From: a virus
DNA length: 64,000 bases
Virus record (IMG/VR): IMGVR_UViG_3300045988_142974
Location: 32,001-96,000 of that record
Strand: one strand, 5' to 3'
Part shown: one piece after another, positions 18,872 to 27,678 of the stretch
Layout: each line of letters begins with the position of its first letter
How positions within the stretch are numbered: position 1 is the stretch's first letter
Position numbers and translations under genes: made by a program
Notes under the pieces: model-generated
Database searches by the model: none
The model's input: only the letters and a program-made list of their open reading frames with translations
Told to the model about the DNA's origin: nothing

Positions 18872-19161
18872 GAATTTGTACCCTCACTTTCGTTTGCAAT
18901 TATTTGGTTGTATGCATCTTTAAAACTGATTACTAAGTCCCTTAAAGTCTCTTTATCAATAGTACAGTCCAAATTACTCATATCAATATTCGGATTTGAT
19001 ACCGTAAATTCCAATGTATTTCCATTTGGCGCAAATAAAACTTCCACAGATTCATTAAGCAGAAGAGTAATAGAATCAATTTTATTTCCATTATTCGATG
19101 TTACTCGTTTTACTTGCCCGACTTTTAATCTATCATTTTCAATAGATAATCTACTTGCCAT
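18868..19161 (-). CDS. hypothetical protein
   Basis: ATG 19161 (MASRLSIEN...) lies 10 nt after AGGAG. The track ORF starts earlier, at 19206. Confidence 0.6.
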   Translation of the reverse strand: MASRLSIENDRLKVGQVKRVTSNNGNKIDSITLLLNESVEVLFAPNGNTLEFTVSNPNIDMSNLDCTIDKETLRDLVISFKDAYNQIIANESEGTNS

Positions 19162-19208
19162 TATATGTACACTCCTTTCTTTTATTTTCGTTTTCCTTTT
19201 AATCATTA

Positions 19209-19282
19209 GGTGTTAGGTGGGATTTGAACCCACGATATTCAGAACCACAATCTGACGCTTTAACCTACTAAGCTACTAACAC
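19209..19282 (-). tRNA. tRNA-His (anticodon GTG)
   Basis: Perfect acceptor GTGTTAG/CTAACAC, anticodon stem TCAGA/TCTGA with loop TTGTGGT, T arm GTGGG-TTCAAAT-CCCAC. Position -1 is T, not the usual encoded G. Confidence 0.8.
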
Positions 19283-19284
19283 AG

Positions 19285-19355
19285 CGACTCTATTGGGAAT
19301 CGAACCAAATCTTCCGATAGACAGTCGGATGTAATTACCTTTATACCATAGAGCC
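19285..19355 (-). tRNA. tRNA-Asp (anticodon GTC)
   Basis: Acceptor GGCTCTA/TAGAGTC (one G-U pair), anticodon stem TCCGA/TCGGA with loop CTGTCTA, T loop TTCGATT. Confidence 0.75.
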
Positions 19356-19359
19356 ATAG

Positions 19360-19431
19360 CTGACTCGGTGGGGCTTGAACCCACAACGCCTCGATTAACA
19401 ATCGAGTGCTCTACCATTGAGCTACGAGTCA
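19360..19431 (-). tRNA. tRNA-Asn (anticodon GTT)
   Basis: Perfect acceptor TGACTCG/CGAGTCA, D stem GCTC/GAGC, anticodon stem CTCGA/TCGAG with loop TTGTTAA, T arm GTGGG-TTCAAGC-CCCAC. Confidence 0.85.
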
Positions 19432-19440
19432 ATATTAAAG

Positions 19441-20030
19441 CATAGTAGGAGAAGTGATGAAGTTCTCTCCATATTAGTCATCAGCTAAAAATGTTTAAAA
19501 CTACTATGCTACAATAAAATCAGCATAAAGCACTAACTAGCTGATATTGGACTGTACACATCCAGTTTTTTAGAATATGGTCGCTTATCCGCAACCTAAT
19601 TCATGCTTGCCTAATTATTCTCATTCCTAACTCGTGTATCTTACACGTCAAATGCATAATATGTGTATGAGCAACCGTTTATTTTAAGGGTTCTCATTAA
19701 CGTAGAGAAGCACGAACATCTTCTCGTTTCTGAAGGCTGAGAGAAACCGATGATCCGAGATGTCGGTAGGAAAGAAGTAGGTCTTACAATGCTACATGAA
19801 TAGTAAATGCCAAGATATGTTAATCGTCTACTAAGGCAAGACCTCTCCATAACACCGCCAATGAGCAGTAGCAGTGGGAAGTTTTAGACCATTCCAAAGG
19901 TCAATAATTTCGCAAACCGACCTTTATATTTATGTCACATATCGGTCAGTGACAGCTCACTTGTAAAAATCTATCAACGGATTGACAGACCGCCCTCACT
20001 TCTTTTGGATGTGAGCAGCTTGTTATGTCT
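19441..20030 (-). ncRNA. candidate large structured RNA (about 590 nt, ORF-poor) abutting the tRNA cluster; alternatively recombinase substrate DNA
   Basis: No credible ORF (only a 69-aa antisense-style ORF without an SD). GC is visibly above the local background. Many local and long-range complementary segments are present (e.g. TCAGCTA...TAGCTGA, GAGAAG...CTTCTC, GTCAC...GTGAC). Confidence 0.35.
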
Positions 20031-20110
20031 ATTTATTCTCTACATTGTCGTCACCTCTCGGCTCAAATATCACATTACTATGCTTTCTTGTTAAGATTGA
20101 GTTGTTGATG

Positions 20111-21145
20111 TTAGACGAAAGCTTCATCGGCATCTTCTGTGTCCTCACGGATGACATACATCTGAGTTGTTTCGGAAGATTCGTGTCCCAAAAGTTTCTG
20201 TGCAGTTTCCAATGCACGATGGTCATAACATACCAGATTGGTTGCACGACTTCTCCGGAAATTATGTGGAGTCGTTCTCCTGCCAACAATTTCAGAAAAT
20301 TCATTTATGCACCAATCATTGAATGCACTATATCCAATCTGTCGTACCTTTGAACCATCTTTAGTTTTTACGACAAACATATAAGGGCAATCATCATCGC
20401 CACGCACTTCAAGCCATTTCTTTAATGCGTCCATTACATCTTGTCCAAACTGCAATTTTCTAACCTTACCAACGGCACTACGTCCCTTGCAACGAATCTC
20501 ATGTGTTTTGTAAGAAACAGATTCTACTTCTTGTTCTTTACCATCTTCATCGACAATTGTTACAATTTTCCTCTTAGGCTCATAATTAACAACCTCTTTG
20601 AGCAACTGTAAACTCTCTGCATGTCTGCATCCTGTAGAATATGTAAACTTTACATATGCTAATTTTTGCCATTCTTCACGTTCAGCCAATACAGAACATA
20701 AGTTATCCATTTCATCAGGCGTTAATGGTTCTTTTGCAAAAACCTTACCTGTTTTTGGCACTTGCATCTCAGCAGTTACATAATTACGGAACGTAGGATA
20801 GTCCTCATCGTAGAAATTCTCGATGAATTTATTCAATGCACTGACAGAAGACTTTTTAAATTTAATTGCAGCTTCAGATAGCCCACGATTAGCAAGAAAA
20901 TTCATATAGCGAAGAAATTCTTTCTTTCTAATTTCTATGCAGTTTTTGTTATTTAGGTTATTTTTAACCCATACGAAAAATATCTTTAATGCAGACCTAT
21001 AAGCATGTAAACTATGCGGTGAAAGATGAGTCTGATTACTGAGGTAATCTTCAACCATATTTCTATTAAACTCATTAACCTCTGCCCATTCCTCATCTGT
21101 AACTGGATCTAATTTATCTGCTATTTTACCATTCAATAATCTCAC
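20111..21145 (-). CDS. tyrosine recombinase / phage integrase family protein
   Basis: Catalytic signature in order: TGCRHAESLQL (Arg), HNFRRSRATN (His-x-x-Arg), LLGHESSETTQMYV (His...Tyr). It also has an N-terminal SAM-like core-binding region. Confidence 0.85.
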   Translation of the reverse strand: MRLLNGKIADKLDPVTDEEWAEVNEFNRNMVEDYLSNQTHLSPHSLHAYRSALKIFFVWVKNNLNNKNCIEIRKKEFLRYMNFLANRGLSEAAIKFKKSSVSALNKFIENFYDEDYPTFRNYVTAEMQVPKTGKVFAKEPLTPDEMDNLCSVLAEREEWQKLAYVKFTYSTGCRHAESLQLLKEVVNYEPKRKIVTIVDEDGKEQEVESVSYKTHEIRCKGRSAVGKVRKLQFGQDVMDALKKWLEVRGDDDCPYMFVVKTKDGSKVRQIGYSAFNDWCINEFSEIVGRRTTPHNFRRSRATNLVCYDHRALETAQKLLGHESSETTQMYVIREDTEDADEAFV

Positions 21146-21159
21146 TTCCTTTCATATAT

Positions 21160-21196
21160 AAAAAAGAAGTAGGATAGTGGTAAACTAAGCTACTTC
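21160..21196 (-). terminator. intrinsic terminator after the HNH gene
   Basis: The minus strand reads GAAGTAG-17 nt loop-CTACTTC followed by TTTTTTATAT. Confidence 0.65.
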
Positions 21197-21198
21197 TT

Positions 21199-22080
21199 TC
21201 AAATATTTATCCATTCTTCTTCTGTATATTTTTGTATTTCTGATACTTTTCTTGGTAAATTATATTTATCACACCATTTTCGTATTGTATTGTCACTAAC
21301 ATTATACATATCGCCAATTTGAGTAAACGAGGTAGATCTTATCAATTCTTTTAAATTATCTCGTGAAATTATATTATATAATTTTTCTATTCTCTTTTTG
21401 TTATAACAAGATTCACACATTGTAGATGTTGAATTCATTAAATTTGTTTTACAACATGGACAAATAATTTTAACTCTATTAATATATTTTGTTTTTGCAT
21501 TTTCCCTCTTATGCTTGTGTGAGCAAGAAACACATAGTCCACTTTTGCTATGACTGCTAATTTTTATACCACATTCGCTACATACTAATGTTGGCTCTTT
21601 TGCTCTTTTGGAATTATATACACCAAAATTATCTGTCATACTATGACAATTGGGACATAATATTTGCAAGTTTGATAATTCGTTATTATCATGATTGCCA
21701 TCAATATGATGCAATTGTAATTTAACAGGTTTTCCTAGCCATTCGGATATACCACATAATTCGCATTTACTTTCTTTGTAACCGAATTCAATCAATTTAT
21801 TTCTTAATTTATGACTATTTGTTTTTGTATTTCTATGTAATTTCGATTCAATATTATATTCTGAACATAAAGACATTTTTGCCATTTGTTGTTTATATAA
21901 TTTTCTGTTTTCTTCAAATTTAGAAGTATCTAATTTATATTCTTTTATGATTCTTTTTAACGTATTTGTACTACTTGATGAATTTATACCTGCGACTCTA
22001 AGAATTTCTGTATATGTATTTCTTGAATCTAGCAAGCTTTGTAATTGTTCAGGTGAAAAATTATATAATTTACTCGCCAT
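21199..22080 (-). CDS. free-standing HNH homing endonuclease with flanking HTH modules
   Basis: LQLHHIDGNHDNNELSNLQILCPNCH (HNH), multiple CxxC pairs, and a C-terminal HTH-like FTQIGDMYNVSDNTIRKWC. GGAGG 6 nt before the ATG. Confidence 0.85.
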   Translation of the reverse strand: MASKLYNFSPEQLQSLLDSRNTYTEILRVAGINSSSSTNTLKRIIKEYKLDTSKFEENRKLYKQQMAKMSLCSEYNIESKLHRNTKTNSHKLRNKLIEFGYKESKCELCGISEWLGKPVKLQLHHIDGNHDNNELSNLQILCPNCHSMTDNFGVYNSKRAKEPTLVCSECGIKISSHSKSGLCVSCSHKHKRENAKTKYINRVKIICPCCKTNLMNSTSTMCESCYNKKRIEKLYNIISRDNLKELIRSTSFTQIGDMYNVSDNTIRKWCDKYNLPRKVSEIQKYTEEEWINI

Positions 22081-22297
22081 TATATTCCTCCAATCTATTA
22101 ATTTATTGAAGGTAGAGATAAACTTTATGTTTATAATTCTCTTTATTAATCAAACAGATTAACCTAGTCCTCCCACTTGGTAATGCTCCAAGCCGATCCG
22201 AAGATGACAGTTTTACAGACTGCCCCACATCTTTAGTGGTCTATGAGAGGATAATAAAAGAGTGTGCAGCACACACCACACACTCTAAATAATTCAT

Positions 22298-22903
22298 TCA
22301 CCGATTAAGTAACATGGAATACTCATTCATTTCATTGCAAATTCCCCAATATTCAATTGATTTTTTAAATTTTTCTAAATATTTTTTCTGAATATCTTCG
22401 ATATACTTTTCATAAGTTTCCTTGTCTACATATCTACCATTAATCTTATAGGTAGAAGTAGTATCTACATTATAACAATCACAATTCTCACAATCGCCAT
22501 CACAGTTATCATACTCATAACCAATTTCTACTTCATATACCTCATCAGCTTCAATCTTCGGAATAATCTTAGAATTACAATCATCAAAAATATATACGAC
22601 ATCGGCTTCAACAAAGATATACTTGTCATCTCTCTTTACAGGTTCGCACCAAATTTCGTCATCTAATAAGCTGATAACGAAAGCGTCATCATAACCATCC
22701 CATTCAGGATCTGCTAATTCATTGATAAATGCAATACCATATCCGATTCCAACAAGTTCACGAATAATCTCTTTTGCATCTTCATATTTAGCAACAACAT
22801 CTACTGAATTATATTCATCATCAGATTTTACTCTGTCGTATACGTCTGAAACAGCACAAGCAAAATCTTCATAGTCTTCAAAATGTAATGTTTTTATAAT
22901 AAT
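22298..22903 (-). CDS. hypothetical acidic Cys-rich protein (no canonical in-frame start)
   Basis: A 201-codon open frame with clear protein-like composition (..DYEDFACAVSDVYDRVKSDDEY..CDGDCENCDC..). It is absent from the ORF track because the frame begins ATT ATT ATA just after an in-frame TGA. AAAGG lies 6 nt upstream. Confidence 0.55.
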   Translation of the reverse strand: MIIKTLHFEDYEDFACAVSDVYDRVKSDDEYNSVDVVAKYEDAKEIIRELVGIGYGIAFINELADPEWDGYDDAFVISLLDDEIWCEPVKRDDKYIFVEADVVYIFDDCNSKIIPKIEADEVYEVEIGYEYDNCDGDCENCDCYNVDTTSTYKINGRYVDKETYEKYIEDIQKKYLEKFKKSIEYWGICNEMNEYSMLLNR

Positions 22904-22918
22904 TCACGACCTTTCAGA

Positions 22919-23203
22919 TTAGAGCTGCTTTGCCGACTTGCTCATTTTAAATGTGATTTCCTGATGAGCAGGAGTTACGTATGTTTCACCAGCTCTTTCA
23001 CCTAACATAATCTTACCTGTTCTTTCAGGAACTGTCTTAACCTTAAACTTACCAAGTTTACCAACAGGAACTGACTCTGTAGTATCAGCCTTTAATGTAT
23101 CTGTAATAACATCTGCAAATGTATCAAGGACAACAGCGATGTCACCTTTCTTAGCTCCTTCAATTCTTTCTGCAATCGCATTAATTAATTCTGTCTTAAC
23201 CAT
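22919..23203 (-). CDS. HU/IHF-family DNA-binding protein (TF1-like)
   Basis: MVKTELINAIAERIEGAKKGDIAVVLDTFADVITDTLK...GKFKVKTVPERTGK..TFKMSK follows the HU fold pattern with a slightly long beta-arm. AAGGAG lies upstream. Confidence 0.85.
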   Translation of the reverse strand: MVKTELINAIAERIEGAKKGDIAVVLDTFADVITDTLKADTTESVPVGKLGKFKVKTVPERTGKIMLGERAGETYVTPAHQEITFKMSKSAKQL

Positions 23204-23270
23204 TTTAAAAATCTCCTTTTAATCATTATTAATATTTCTAACACTTTTCAATAATAGTGTCGATTTAATC

Positions 23271-23308
23271 TAAAAGAGGGTAGTAGCCCCAATTTGGTCT
23301 ACTCCCTC
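23271..23308 (-). terminator. intrinsic terminator after the endolysin gene
   Basis: The minus strand reads GAGGGAGTAG-accaaattgggg-CTACTACCCTC followed by TTTTA. Confidence 0.7.
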
Positions 23309-23316
23309 ATAAATTT

Positions 23317-24369
23317 TTATTCAACCCAAAGCTGAACCTTATCAATATATCTGCCAAAACAACCAGCATATCCGTCCTGTCCATTTACAGTCTGATCATC
23401 TATCTGAACAGGATAATACCCTTCCATACCCTGTGAAGATACCTGTATATATAAACACTGATATTCATAACCATCGGGTGTATAGAATACTGCTTTTAAT
23501 GCATCAATAGGTGTTCTACCGTTACCTGCGTAACCATTTTCGTCATCGTCAATGTCATAACCATCAACTTCTGGAAGCCAACCACCATTAAGTAAGTGAA
23601 CCTGATATCTTACATAACCTTCACTAACACCAATAGCGATACCGGTAATTGCTTGATCGTCACCGGCGCCAGCCCAATCATCTCTATCATGAACTTCATC
23701 CCACCAACAATTTGTCTTAGCTCTGTAATAAACATCAACATGACCTAAATAATTAGTTCTGCCGCCTGTAGCTTCATTGTTATCTGTACTATCATTGTCA
23801 GAACAATCTTCATCAGAATTGTCGAATACTACTTCGCCTGTTAAAGCTTCAACTATGGCATCAGCACAAGTTTCCGCATTCCATCTGTTCGCGTCATCTC
23901 TGTCATCCACGAAGCAACATTCAATTAAAATAGCAGGAGAATGTGTGCTTCTAAGAACATAAAGTCCCTGATTGACCTTAAATCCTCTGTTTCTAATATT
24001 AAGTTTTTCTGAAATTGCTTCACAAATCTTCGAACCAATTTCTTCTGTTCCAGTATCATATCCATAAACTTCTGTACCACCAGTAGAATCATCACCTTCA
24101 TAATCGTCTCTACCAGAATTGAGATGTATAGATATGTCTAAATCAACATTATGTGAATTACACTTACTAACAATTGTTGCTAAACAACCATTCTGCGATG
24201 TATTTTCATCACATGTACAATCATATACAGTATGTCCAAGAGCTTCTAACTTGGCAATTACAGCATTCTTAACAATTCTGTCCTCAACTGATTCTTGTAG
24301 AATACCAACTGCACCATAAGCACCCTGATCCTGTGGACAGTGACCTGCATGTACATTATATGTAGCCAT
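23317..24369 (-). CDS. endolysin: N-acetylmuramoyl-L-alanine amidase (Amidase_3-like) with C-terminal wall-binding-sized domain
   Basis: N-terminal HAGH...DLDISIHLNSG...GTEVY...SPAILIECCFVDD matches the zinc amidase pattern. The C-terminal half of about 150 aa is aromatic and acidic-rich. Confidence 0.8.
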   Translation of the reverse strand: MATYNVHAGHCPQDQGAYGAVGILQESVEDRIVKNAVIAKLEALGHTVYDCTCDENTSQNGCLATIVSKCNSHNVDLDISIHLNSGRDDYEGDDSTGGTEVYGYDTGTEEIGSKICEAISEKLNIRNRGFKVNQGLYVLRSTHSPAILIECCFVDDRDDANRWNAETCADAIVEALTGEVVFDNSDEDCSDNDSTDNNEATGGRTNYLGHVDVYYRAKTNCWWDEVHDRDDWAGAGDDQAITGIAIGVSEGYVRYQVHLLNGGWLPEVDGYDIDDDENGYAGNGRTPIDALKAVFYTPDGYEYQCLYIQVSSQGMEGYYPVQIDDQTVNGQDGYAGCFGRYIDKVQLWVE

Positions 24370-24446
24370 TTTATATTCCTCCTATACAAAATAAATAAAA
24401 ATAAAAGAGGGTAGTATAAAACCATCCTCATAAGAACAAAATATAA

Positions 24447-25682
24447 TTAACTAAGCTGAATATCCTTTATCATTTCAACTTCGTTATCTTTTAAAATTGC
24501 TATTGTTTGAGATGCTACACTGCTACAATAAAAATTTTTCGAATAATCATTATAACCACTAAGGCAACCCGTAGAAATAGCATATCTACCATGATTTTCT
24601 GATTCAATTGAAAAGTTGTGGAGATGTCCACTAAAGATTAAATCATAGAATTTATTATCACTAGATATAATTTTTGAAAGATTATGTTTTCCATTTTTAT
24701 ACCTATCACCATGAATAAATTTACAAGATAAACCACAAACAGTAATATTTATTTCAGAATCATTATAGTTTGTATTTAATATAGAAATGCGTTCACAACC
24801 ACTTACATCAACTAAATCTTTAATATGTTCAGTAATAAGTACATTTGCATTGTCACCTTCATAACTCTTTTTCTTGTCTCCAGACATACGATCATGATTT
24901 CCAGCAATTCCACCAAATATAACATTACAATCTTCAGCTAAAGCAACTAATAGTCTATATATCAATTTAGTAGCCTTATGTATTTGCATAGATTGTAAAA
25001 ATTCACAATTATGTGCTTGTGTTTCTCTCATATATGAATTCTCAATCATATCACCTGTTGATATAATTAGAACCTGACGGATATTATATAATTCAATATA
25101 CTTCTTACATTCAGAAATATATTTGTTTATTCTTTCATTTGCAATTTCCCAATTAAAATTATTACCATTACAATTGTTGATTATATAACCAATATGCCAA
25201 TCGGTAATATGACATATCATAGTATAATCAGATTCTTCTTCAACAGAAAAGTACATATATTTAGGAATTTCCATTGAGAAATTATTATCTTTCATATACT
25301 GCTTCAATTCATCTGCAACTGTAATACAAGGAACTAAATCTCTTTTTAACTTATTGAGCTTCAATCTATCATTATGTATTTGCTGTTTAACAATATATTG
25401 TTCACCTAATACTTCTTTAGCATCATCAAGAGTAGTACTTTTTTCTGTTATGTTTTTAGCTTTTAAATATTCTCTAACAAAATAATTGCCAAATATGGTC
25501 TGACTAGCCTTTCTGACGCTATCATAATGACATTTTATATCATATTTATCTACAATTTCTTTCCAATCTATATCTGAAATACCAGACATTTTATTAGAAA
25601 TTTCTTGTAAAACCTGTTCATAAGTTGATGGGGTTAGCCCATATTTTTTTAATTCTTCTTCGAAATTATAAATATAGTTCAC
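24447..25682 (-). CDS. calcineurin-like metallophosphoesterase (SbcD/Mre11-like or phosphatase) with extra N-terminal domain
   Basis: Motifs in order: HITDWHIG, TGDMIEN, AGNHD, SGHLHN. 411 aa, GTG start. Confidence 0.75.
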   Translation of the reverse strand: MNYIYNFEEELKKYGLTPSTYEQVLQEISNKMSGISDIDWKEIVDKYDIKCHYDSVRKASQTIFGNYFVREYLKAKNITEKSTTLDDAKEVLGEQYIVKQQIHNDRLKLNKLKRDLVPCITVADELKQYMKDNNFSMEIPKYMYFSVEEESDYTMICHITDWHIGYIINNCNGNNFNWEIANERINKYISECKKYIELYNIRQVLIISTGDMIENSYMRETQAHNCEFLQSMQIHKATKLIYRLLVALAEDCNVIFGGIAGNHDRMSGDKKKSYEGDNANVLITEHIKDLVDVSGCERISILNTNYNDSEINITVCGLSCKFIHGDRYKNGKHNLSKIISSDNKFYDLIFSGHLHNFSIESENHGRYAISTGCLSGYNDYSKNFYCSSVASQTIAILKDNEVEMIKDIQLS

Positions 25683-25689
25683 CTACTCT

Positions 25690-25890
25690 CTATTCTTCAT
25701 TAGATTCAGTAGGCTCATCGAGTTCACTTTCCTCTTTTACCTTCACATTTATTTCAACACTTCCACCGTTAAATACTGATAGAAGAGTAGCAAGTTTCTT
25801 TTCTTCGCCATCTACTTCAACAGTCATATTATCTGTATCAATAATACCTGCAGAAGTCTGCTTAATTTCCTTAAAAACAAAATTTGCCAT
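25690..25890 (-). CDS. hypothetical small acidic protein
   Basis: 66 aa, ATG with an upstream SD, tightly packed within the operon. Confidence 0.55.
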   Translation of the reverse strand: MANFVFKEIKQTSAGIIDTDNMTVEVDGEEKKLATLLSVFNGGSVEINVKVKEESELDEPTESNEE

Positions 25891-25913
25891 AATCCTTTAA
25901 ATCCTCCATAAAA

Positions 25914-26225
25914 TTAAAAATTCCCACCAGAACGCTTTCTGCCAGGATTAAAATACATTTGCTTACTTTTATTCTGTTTTACACCAATATACTCACGAAT
26001 CTTTCTGATATAATCTTCATCATAACTTAAACGAATATGTGACTCCAAATAATAACATCCACAATGAGTAGGAATTTTATTTGATAATACATTGTCAATA
26101 AGTTTGTATGATGGATTAAGATTCGAGAGATGAGTATGCTTTTCTGTATCTTCTTTTCTACAGATACGATAGCCATTTTCGGTCTTGTCAATATAAAATC
26201 CTTTATACTCAATTCTATTTTTCAT
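25914..26225 (-). CDS. hypothetical protein
   Basis: 103-aa ORF in the operon. No motif. Confidence 0.55.
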   Translation of the reverse strand: MKNRIEYKGFYIDKTENGYRICRKEDTEKHTHLSNLNPSYKLIDNVLSNKIPTHCGCYYLESHIRLSYDEDYIRKIREYIGVKQNKSKQMYFNPGRKRSGGNF

Positions 26226-26234
26226 AGACAGAAC

Positions 26235-26399
26235 CTACTTGACATATTTATCTTCAATGTAACGCTTTCCACCACAAGTTTTATAATATCCAATATGTTC
26301 ACCATTCCGATCTACATATCCTCGTCTTGTGTTTCTAATTACACCTTCAGATAATAATTTTTCAATTTCATTTTTTGAAATGTACTTAATAATTTTCAC
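26235..26399 (-). CDS. hypothetical small protein (54 aa, below the track cutoff)
   Basis: GTG at 26399 (VKIIKYISKNEIEKLLSEGVIRNTRRGYVDRNGEHIGYYKTCGGKRYIEDKYVK) with A/G-rich sequence upstream. Confidence 0.4.
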   Translation of the reverse strand: MKIIKYISKNEIEKLLSEGVIRNTRRGYVDRNGEHIGYYKTCGGKRYIEDKYVK

Positions 26400-26438
26400 T
26401 TCTTTCTTGATTTATTTCCTGCATAAGCAGGATAGTAG

Positions 26439-26513
26439 TTGGAAATGTAGGATTTGAACCCACGACCTCCTGAACCCAAATCAGGCGTTCTAACCAAACT
26501 GAACTAATTCCCA
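26439..26513 (-). tRNA. tRNA-Pro (anticodon TGG)
   Basis: Acceptor TGGGAAT/ATTTCCA (one G-U pair), D stem GTTC/GAAC, anticodon stem CCTGA/TCAGG with loop TTTGGGT (G37), T arm GTGGG-TTCAAAT-CCTAC. Confidence 0.8.
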
Positions 26514-26515
26514 AA

Positions 26516-27410
26516 ATAAAAAATCCCATACCGAAGTATGAGATTCTTACCTAATATGAGCTGAGATATTTGACTCAATACACTAACATCTACTGTGGTT
26601 GGACACAGTTTATCACACAAGCGATTAACTTGTAGTTAGCAACAACACCGATTTTGACATAATCGGCAAACTCTTACCACAAAGTATTATAGATTTTCTT
26701 TCTGCACATTCTTCCTTGCGAGATTCATAGGTTGCAGCCTATTAGAATTGTACGTACTTGTACTTTCTCATATAGTACCTTGCGAGTGCTATATGTCACC
26801 ATATTACAGATGAATAAGTTGTTTGCCTCTTTGCGGTCATACACACTTTTGCTTGTTCTTTAATCAGTTTACCTTTTAATATAAATATGCATTATATTTG
26901 ATTTATTCTTTCAAGAGTATGTTGTAATTAATATTTGCATAAAAATGAACGATGAGGTGTACATTTGATCATCTGTACCTTTTGAGTACAGCCCAATCAT
27001 CACCATTCTGTTCGTCTTGCTATTGACTTACTTCGTTATTCTGTTCCTTGCTTTCGCATTAAGAAACGTTGCAACAATCAATATTAGCACTTTTTCTTGC
27101 GGAAATCGCACCAATAAGACAGTAATCATACCCATGTTTCCATGTTAATACAGCGCATTTCTCATTACGCCTACCAAATCAACTTATCTAAGAATTATCA
27201 AGCTTATCAGAGCTATCAAATCTACAAAGATTCATAAATAGTCATTAGCAGTTGCCCTCTGACCTTAGACTTGGTATAGATTATCTGTGTTTTCCGTCAA
27301 ACTGCCATACGCAGTCGCAGTGTCTTATGCAAACTAAAGACATTCCTGCTTTATCCTTATTGCTAAGTTTATTTAACGACACGAAACCTGCCGCCTACAA
27401 GTAGGAGAGT
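26516..27410 (-). ncRNA. candidate very large structured RNA (about 900 nt, ORF-free) flanked by two tRNA genes (GOLLD/ROOL-class candidate)
   Basis: No ORF of 60 aa or more in any of the six frames over about 900 nt. GC is visibly higher than in neighbouring genes. Hairpins are dense (CATAC-cgaa-GTATG, CCGATT..AATCGG, ATAGG..CCTAT, GTACA..TGTAC, TGCG..CGCA). It lies in the same orientation block as the flanking tRNA-Pro and tRNA-Met-like genes. Confidence 0.4.
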
Positions 27411-27482
27411 TGCAGAAACAGGACTCGAACCTGCATACTCTTGGTTATGAGCCAAGTGAGCTTCCATTGCTCGTCATTCCGC
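27411..27482 (-). tRNA. tRNA-Met/Ile2-like (anticodon CAT), irregular acceptor/D junction
   Basis: D stem GAGC/GCTC, anticodon stem CTTGG/CCAAG with loop CTCATAA, T arm GCAGG-TTCGAGT-CCTGT. The acceptor GCGGAA/TTCTGC pairs only 6 bp, with an extra nucleotide before the D stem. Confidence 0.5.
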
Positions 27483-27678
27483 TATAATATTTAAGAATTA
27501 TCAGTGACCATACTACAAAAACTGTAGTACAGTCACCGATTATAGAAGGTAAGGTACAATGAATATGTACTTGATGTTTACATTTTATTATTCTCTGTTT
27601 TATTAGTCAAGAAAAGCTGATTTCATTGTTTTCCATATGTGATATATAACACCATAAAAACAGCTGTAAATCCTTATT

